From a virus (Duplodnaviria; Caudoviricetes): 64,000 nucleotides of DNA. Positions 58,908 to 64,000 of the stretch are shown in pieces. Position 1 is the first letter of the stretch; the number at the start of each line of letters is the position of its first letter. Below the pieces are notes generated by a model. The model saw nothing but the letters and a program-made list of their open reading frames with translations, had not been told where the DNA came from and did not search any database. A program made the position numbers and the translations under genes. The stretch is from the IMG/VR virus record IMGVR_UViG_3300018068_000002, positions 1 through 64,000 of that record. The stretch is one strand, 5' to 3'.

Positions 58908-59282
58908 ATGAAAAAAATTAAAATAGTTTCTTATTATGAACATAATGCAGTTTATATTAATGATAAATTGTATGATATTTATAAAGATGATGGTTTTGAA
59001 TTGGGTGTTGAAATTGGTAAAATAGTTGGAGAATACAATAATCATGAAATAGAATATAGTGATCTTGAGGATTATGATGATAATCCAGGGTATTCAGAAT
59101 TTGAATTTCCAAATTATCTTTATGAAATTTATAGATACTTCATGAAACAAAAACAAGTGGAAATTAGTGAATGTCCAGATGACGGAGATCCCGCTAATGA
59201 TTGCCGTGGTTGTTGTTATGGTGGTGATTACCATTATGATCCAGATACCGATGAATGTGTCAGAAGAGAGGAAGAAGAATAA
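58908..59282 (+). CDS. Acidic hypothetical protein with C-terminal Cys cluster
   Basis: CPDDG...DCRGCCYGGDYHY...EC. Confidence 0.65.
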   Translation: MKKIKIVSYYEHNAVYINDKLYDIYKDDGFELGVEIGKIVGEYNNHEIEYSDLEDYDDNPGYSEFEFPNYLYEIYRYFMKQKQVEISECPDDGDPANDCRGCCYGGDYHYDPDTDECVRREEEE

Positions 59283-59536
59283 TCTAAAATAGTGAAGTCT
59301 GGAGATGCCTGATAATAGGGCGTTCCCAGACTTTATTTTCGGACTACCGGTTGTCATGACATCTTTACATCCTTACATCATGATGTCTACTCCTCTTGTC
59401 CTCTTGTCAATAAGTTGACTTATCAAATAATTGACTGCCTAATATCTAACAAGCTAGGACAAGCTACGTTGCCACAGCTACAAAAAGCTAGAACCGTAAA
59501 CGTTTACGGAAACCATATCTCATATCTCCCCTTTTA

Positions 59537-59565
59537 ATTATACCATAGCAGCTAGGATTTGTCAA
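59537..59565 (-). promoter_or_regulatory. Leftward consensus sigmaA promoter
   Basis: TTGACA-17-TATAAT with TG. Confidence 0.7.
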
Positions 59566-59807
59566 GAGATCATAAACGTTTCCGGAAAAAATTTTTGTTT
59601 AAAATTGGTAGCCACCGCATCTTTACAAAAGTCCGCAGGTGGAGTATAATTATATTATAAGGTTGAGGAAAAGAAAGTGACGGCAATCGGATTCGCGGTT
59701 GCTGGAGCGTAGCTCCAGAAACTTGACTTCCCTCTCCTTATACGGTATAATATTAGTATAAGGGTAGTGACCTACACTGTGCCCAATGGGCGGAAAGTGA
59801 GTAACAA

Positions 59808-60134
59808 ATGGAGAAGATGAAGCAGGCCGACAAGTTCGCTATGGCGAGAGCTGAAGCACAGGCTAGATTTGACATGACCGATGCCGTCCAGGTGGGCGTT
59901 GGTGAGTTCGCAATCAAAACCGAGGCTGGTGCTGTTAAGGTTAAGTTCACCGCCGTCAAGGACGTGGACTTCGACTTCGAGCAGGCTAAGGCGGACTTCG
60001 AGTTCGATCAGAAAGACAAGGCCGAAAAGGCCGCAGTTAGAAAAGCCAAAGCTGAGGCCGCAAAGGTCGCAAATGTGGCTAAAAAGGAAAAGCAGAAAGC
60101 TAAGGCCGAAGCAGAAGCTAAAGCCGCTGAGTAA
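59808..60134 (+). CDS. Lys/Ala-rich-tailed protein, paralogue 2
   Basis: MKQA..., TE.G.VKV..TAVKDVD and FEFD.KD shared with paralogue 1. Confidence 0.8.
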   Translation: MEKMKQADKFAMARAEAQARFDMTDAVQVGVGEFAIKTEAGAVKVKFTAVKDVDFDFEQAKADFEFDQKDKAEKAAVRKAKAEAAKVANVAKKEKQKAKAEAEAKAAE

Positions 60135-60293
60135 GTGCGCACCTAGGCATGTGCTTAAACCGCCCACCAGCCCATATCCCATAGTAGCGTGGCGGCAAAT
60201 TGGGTGGCGACATGCCTTTAGGGTCCAAAAAGAAAGCCAAAATCCTCTACAAAAAATGGGGTAAGAGAGAGTGCGCGAGCACTCTCTTTTTTT
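60135..60293 (+). ncRNA. Candidate structured RNA with third pseudoknot repeat and terminator
   Basis: GCACCTAGGCATGTGCTTAAACCGCCCACC; terminator AGAGAGTGC-GCGA-GCACTCTCT-T6. Confidence 0.5.
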
Positions 60294-60532
60294 GCATTAT
60301 AAAAGTAAGCGCGCAAACGTCGCCCATAACCCCACTATGTAGCGTATATTTTTTATGCGGTGGCAAAACGGGGCAAATTCAATGCTAAAATGGGGCAGAC
60401 CGCAGGAGCTACTTTATAGCCCCACAATGTAGCAGCTACAACATTTGTTATATCTGTGTAAATTTTTCGTCACTATAGCGAAATTTCCACAGACTCCCCC
60501 TCATTGCGTTTCCTTTGAAGTCCACTACATTT

Positions 60533-60678
60533 AGTATAACATAAATATAGAAAAAAGTCAAGGATTGGCAGTTACAGCCCCACTCGCGCCATGCTCTCCA
60601 CTTGACAAACAAGCTACGATGTGGTACATACTCCATACTCCCCCTCTTTATTATAGCACATTTATTGGCTTTTGTCAA
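60533..60678 (-). promoter_or_regulatory. Two leftward sigmaA promoters
   Basis: TTGACA-17-TATAAT (60650-60678) and TTGACT-17-TATACT (60533-60561). Confidence 0.65.
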
Positions 60679-60941
60679 GAAGCTACAAAGCTAGAAAATA
60701 CAAAGTCAAATACTTGACATGGGCGCGCATCTATGTTATACTTAAAGTAGAAAGTGAGGAAGAAAATATGAGTGAACAAGAGATCAATGAAATGTATCTT
60801 GACTACCTTTCAAAATATAATGGCGATTCACTTAATGACACATTTCAAAAACTAAAATAGTTGACAATACTCCCCACATATGATATAATAATATTATAAA
60901 GAATGGGTAGCGACCTACCGCTAGAAATTGGAGATAAACAT

Positions 60942-61205
60942 ATGTCTGAACTCAAAACTAACGAACGCCTTGCCCTTGTTCGCGCCGAAGCCCTTGCCCT
61001 TTTACCTGCCCTTGAGGATGCCGCAAAAATTGGGACTGGAACCTACATTATTGTGACTGAACATGGTGATGCTAAGATTACTATTTCCGCCATCAAAGAC
61101 GAAAACTATGATGTCGATGAAGAAGTCTTGAAGTATGAAACCAAACTTGCGACTGCGGCCGCAAAAGCTGAAGAAAAAGCAGCTAAAGCAGCAGCCAAAG
61201 CCTAA
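60942..61205 (+). CDS. Lys/Ala-rich-tailed protein, paralogue 3
   Basis: ERL..VRAEA.A...DA..GTG....TEHG....SAIKD; ATG 60942 after GGAGA. Confidence 0.75.
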   Translation: MSELKTNERLALVRAEALALLPALEDAAKIGTGTYIIVTEHGDAKITISAIKDENYDVDEEVLKYETKLATAAAKAEEKAAKAAAKA

Positions 61206-61211
61206 TCCACT

Positions 61212-61242
61212 GAGGAAAACTTAACGGTTTTCCTCTTTTTTT
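61212..61242 (+). terminator. Intrinsic terminator
   Basis: GAGGAAAAC-TTAACG-GTTTTCCTC + T7. Confidence 0.8.
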
Positions 61243-61379
61243 ATGCAGTCAAAAGCTTGACAAAAGTCAAAAATGAGCGCACCATCACATTTTGCTACCC
61301 CTCTCCCACGTTCCACACTCACTACCCTCCCCGGACACTCTTGGGGGCAATTTTCCGCCAATCTACCACCCATCTATTA

Positions 61380-61710
61380 CTTAATATACTATTGTTACTG
61401 GTACTACTACTACTACTACTGGTATTGGTACTATACTACTACTAGTACTACTAGAGTACTTAATTGATAGATATTTGATAGGTTAGTAATAGTATGTGAC
61501 TACTACTAGATAACAAGACACTAGATAGATATCTATTGGTTATTAATAGGTTATTAATAGGTAGATAAAAAGATAAGTACTTATTTGATAGATAAGTACT
61601 TATTTAATAATAGATTATTAATAGTTAAGTGATATATAATAGATATCTATTAGATAAGTAATAGACTATTACTTATCTATTAGTTATTAATAGATATTTA
61701 ACATAATATT
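61380..61710. repeat. Low-complexity TAC/TAG/ATA-rich tract with short palindromes and direct repeats
   Basis: (TAC)n run; AGATAAGTACTTATTT x2; perfect 14-bp IR TAGATAAGTAATAG-A-CTATTACTTATCTA at 61651-61679. Confidence 0.75.
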
Positions 61711-61869
61711 TGGGAGACTTTTTTTTAGATACTAATTTTTTAACTTATACTAGAAATGTATTAGGTAAACCAGCAGTTTCAAATGAAAAGTGAAACTTTT
61801 TACTTTCACAATAGAATAGCAGTGGGAATGCGCGCGAAGCACCAATTATTTAGGTTCTTGTTGCCGCAA

Positions 61870-62277
61870 TCACACACTAGTTTCATTTTTTTTTCTATCC
61901 CTCCTTAACCATTCTATCGTACCATTTATGCAAATTGCCGCATCCTCATCACCATTACATTTGTCAGGATAATTGACACAGCAAGAACAATTTAAAATCT
62001 TTGCTAAATCTTCTATTTCCATTCCAAAACGAATCCACTCATGATTAGTGATTGGTTTTGTTTCTTCTTCGTCTGCTAAACCTACAAACTCTTCATCTTT
62101 CCACATTCCCTCAAATTCTTTAATACGATATTGGAATTTGGGATGACAAACTTCATCATCTTTAATTGTTACTACTGTGCCAACTAAATGCCCATAGTCC
62201 CAAATAGCAGCTTCGTTCCAATCTAAATCCTTAAGTTCTTTAACTAATACTCTATCCCCTGGTTTATACTTTGCCAT
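61870..62277 (-). CDS. SH3/KOW-like + Cys4 protein, array copy 5
   Basis: YKPGDRV...LNCSCC...C...C..GT..WL. Confidence 0.8.
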   Translation of the reverse strand: MAKYKPGDRVLVKELKDLDWNEAAIWDYGHLVGTVVTIKDDEVCHPKFQYRIKEFEGMWKDEEFVGLADEEETKPITNHEWIRFGMEIEDLAKILNCSCCVNYPDKCNGDEDAAICINGTIEWLRRDRKKNETSV

Positions 62278-62686
62278 CTTTAACTTCCTCCTCTAACCAA
62301 GCAATTGTGCCTTTCTCACAAGTAGCTTTATTAAACTTCTCTGGGCAACTTTTCTTTTGGTAGTGGATACAATAACTACAATTAAGTATTTCAACCAATT
62401 GTTTATTTGTCATAGCTAGTAACCTAGTTTTATTAGTACTCTTTTTAATTGGTTCTATCCATAATCCTTCAATCATATCGTCATACCACCACCAGTGATG
62501 CGCTCCTGATTCTCGAGTGCCCTGATCTTCAATCATAACATATCCACCATCATCATCTATTTTTAAAATAGTCATGACCGTGCCAGCCCAACGATCCATT
62601 TCTCCTTCTGAATTTATAAAACTACATTTTTTAAGTTTTTCAATTGGTTTAATTATAACTTTATCATCTTTTTTATATTTCAGCAT
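62264..62686 (-). CDS. SH3/KOW-like + Cys4 protein, array copy 4
   Basis: Same two-domain pattern (LNCSYC). Confidence 0.8.
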   Translation of the reverse strand: MLKYKKDDKVIIKPIEKLKKCSFINSEGEMDRWAGTVMTILKIDDDGGYVMIEDQGTRESGAHHWWWYDDMIEGLWIEPIKKSTNKTRLLAMTNKQLVEILNCSYCIHYQKKSCPEKFNKATCEKGTIAWLEEEVKDGKV

Positions 62687-63065
62687 CTGAATTAACCAAC
62701 CTTTCTAACCATTCTATTGTCCCTTCCTTACAAATACCATCATTAAAATCTTTTGGACATAGAGAAGTTTGATAATAGTTACAGCATTCACAATTTAGAA
62801 CTTTATATAAGAGATCTTTTGAGAGTTTTCTAATAATATCTTCATTAGTTTTAAGTGGTTTTATTAAGAAACTATCTCCCCACCAACTAACTCCTCCATC
62901 TATATCTATTCTATAGGGAACATTGTCTCTAGGATCTTCACAAACATAAGTAATAATCGCAGATTTCCCACAAAACTTATTTTTATCTTCAGAACGACCA
63001 AATTTTTTTAAGGTTTCAAGATCAGGTATAATTACTTTATCACCAGCTTTAAAATTTCTAGACAT
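62673..63065 (-). CDS. SH3/KOW-like + Cys4 protein, array copy 3
   Basis: Same pattern (LNCECC). Confidence 0.8.
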   Translation of the reverse strand: MSRNFKAGDKVIIPDLETLKKFGRSEDKNKFCGKSAIITYVCEDPRDNVPYRIDIDGGVSWWGDSFLIKPLKTNEDIIRKLSKDLLYKVLNCECCNYYQTSLCPKDFNDGICKEGTIEWLERLVNSDAEI

Positions 63066-63450
63066 TATTAATCTCCTTATTTAACCAAGTAAGTGTTCCA
63101 TCTTTACAAATTTGTTCATTAAATTTAGATGGACAATTATCTGTTTCATAGTTAATACAACAAGAACAATTGAGTACCTTGTAAAGATCCTTGATTTCCA
63201 TTTTAAAAAGAATATCTATGTTAGTTTTCTTAATCTCATCAATTAAACCAACAAACATTTTATCTCCCCATACCCAACTACCATTGTCTTCTTTTATTTT
63301 ATAAGGGTACCTATCACCACTTAAATTATCATGAACAATTGTAACAACAGTCCCACCAAGATTTCTCATTTCCTTGGTTGTATTTTGACAGGTACAAAGA
63401 TCAGTAATAGGTTTTAATAAAACTCTATCACCAATTTTATATTTCGGCAT
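63058..63450 (-). CDS. SH3/KOW-like + Cys4 protein, array copy 2
   Basis: Start MPKYK at 63450 preferred, by analogy with MLKYK/MAKYK. Confidence 0.8.
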   Translation of the reverse strand: MPKYKIGDRVLLKPITDLCTCQNTTKEMRNLGGTVVTIVHDNLSGDRYPYKIKEDNGSWVWGDKMFVGLIDEIKKTNIDILFKMEIKDLYKVLNCSCCINYETDNCPSKFNEQICKDGTLTWLNKEINNV

Positions 63451-63835
63451 TTTGATCAACTTCCTTTTCTAGCCAAGTATTAGTTCCTTCTCTACATACT
63501 TCTTCATTAAATTTACTAGGACAATTTTTAGTATTATAATGTTCACAACAAGAGCAATTAAGAACTTTAGTCAATTCATCATTAGTCATCTCTAAGAAAA
63601 TATCTCTATTTGTCTTTTTAAGATATTGGTCAAACATAGCAGTATTCCACCACCACTCATTTTTATCTTCAACCATTTTAATACAACTATCATTTTTACT
63701 CATAATTGGAAAGGTTATATGACCAATTGTCATAATTTTACCAGCCCAAATATTCAGATCATCAACATAATCTGCACATTGCTCTAATTCAGAAACTGGT
63801 TTAATTTTAACTTTATCTCCTATTTTAGGTTCCAT
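63437..63835 (-). CDS. SH3/KOW-like + Cys4 protein, array copy 1
   Basis: First gene after promoter 63865-63893; RBS AGGGGAG. Confidence 0.8.
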   Translation of the reverse strand: MEPKIGDKVKIKPVSELEQCADYVDDLNIWAGKIMTIGHITFPIMSKNDSCIKMVEDKNEWWWNTAMFDQYLKKTNRDIFLEMTNDELTKVLNCSCCEHYNTKNCPSKFNEEVCREGTNTWLEKEVDQNAEI

Positions 63836-63864
63836 ATCATATATCTCCCCTCATCTATACTATA

Positions 63865-63948
63865 AGTATATCATAGTTCTTGATGTTAGTCAAGGATAAG
63901 ATGCGGCCCTAGCATAAACTTGACTTGATTCAGTAATTATGATATACT
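63865..63948. promoter_or_regulatory. Divergent pair of TTGACT-17-TATACT promoters
   Basis: Minus 63865-63893; plus 63920-63948. Confidence 0.75.
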
Positions 63949-63980
63949 TATAGTATAGAAAATGAAAGGGGGAAACCACA

Positions 63981-64000
63981 ATGTTAAGAGGAATTGCTAT
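63981..64000 (+). CDS. Start of a gene truncated by the window end
   Basis: ATG after AAAGGGGG and promoter 63920. Confidence 0.45.

Larger units (their letters stand above)
52869..59508. repeat. Dispersed perfect palindrome CGTAAACGTTTACG (5 copies + 1 variant)
   Basis: 52869, 54748, 57391, 58193, 59495; variant CATAAACGTTTCCG at 59571. Confidence 0.9.
51648..60889 (+). promoter_or_regulatory. Series of 16 near-consensus rightward sigmaA promoters
   Basis: -35 starts at 51648, 51770 (18 bp spacer), 52342, 52962, 53316, 54006, 54849, 55811 (16 bp), 56443, 57438, 57527, 58282, 59622, 59723, 60714, 60861. -35 = TTGACA/TTGACT/TTTACA/TTGCAA/TTGAAT/TTGAAC/TTGTCA; -10 = TATAAT/TATACT; 17-bp spacer unless noted. 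Confidence 0.8.

Noticed and set aside
57930-60146. Stop-codon read-through driven by the downstream pseudoknots
   Set aside because: In both loci another in-frame stop (TGA, TAG) follows after three codons.
51585-61467. Minus-strand and alternate-frame ORFs in the early region (e.g. 52504-52823, 52889-53116, 57278-57968, 59772-60388, 61257-61467)
   Set aside because: They cross promoters, terminators or low-complexity DNA, or shadow + strand genes that have proper RBSs.
1-64000. CRISPR array, tRNA/rRNA genes, integrase, holin/endolysin
   Set aside because: No regularly spaced repeat-spacer array; no cloverleaf with T-loop/CCA was recognised; no recombinase or lysin motifs seen by eye.

Overview
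Segment of a large, AT-rich tailed-phage genome. It is siphovirus-type (long tape measure, Dit/Tal, tail tube, no sheath) with an SPbeta-like head-tail gene order; sigmaA-type promoters and AGGAGG RBSs suggest a Bacillota host. It has four parts. (1) 1-12955, + strand: replication and nucleotide genes (Pol III alpha dnaE, ClpP, class II RNR nrdJ, dUTPase, RuvC-like). (2) 12993-51376, - strand: the morphogenesis module from putative terS/terL through portal, protease, MCP, neck, tail tube, TMP and Dit to large Kelch/BNR tail proteins and a Tal/hub gene split into three. (3) About 51.4-61.4 kb: an early-type cassette array of small genes with about 20 near-consensus promoters, three families of repeated DNA motifs, three paralogous Lys/Ala-rich genes and a repeated pseudoknot-forming RNA element. 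(4) 61.4-64 kb: a low-complexity palindromic tract and five tandem paralogous Cys-rich genes. Five group I introns, each carrying a homing endonuclease, can be spliced in silico to restore conserved motifs (dnaE x1, nrdJ x2, tape measure x2). No tRNA, CRISPR array, integrase or lysis gene was recognised. All calls come from reading motifs by eye; no database search was run.
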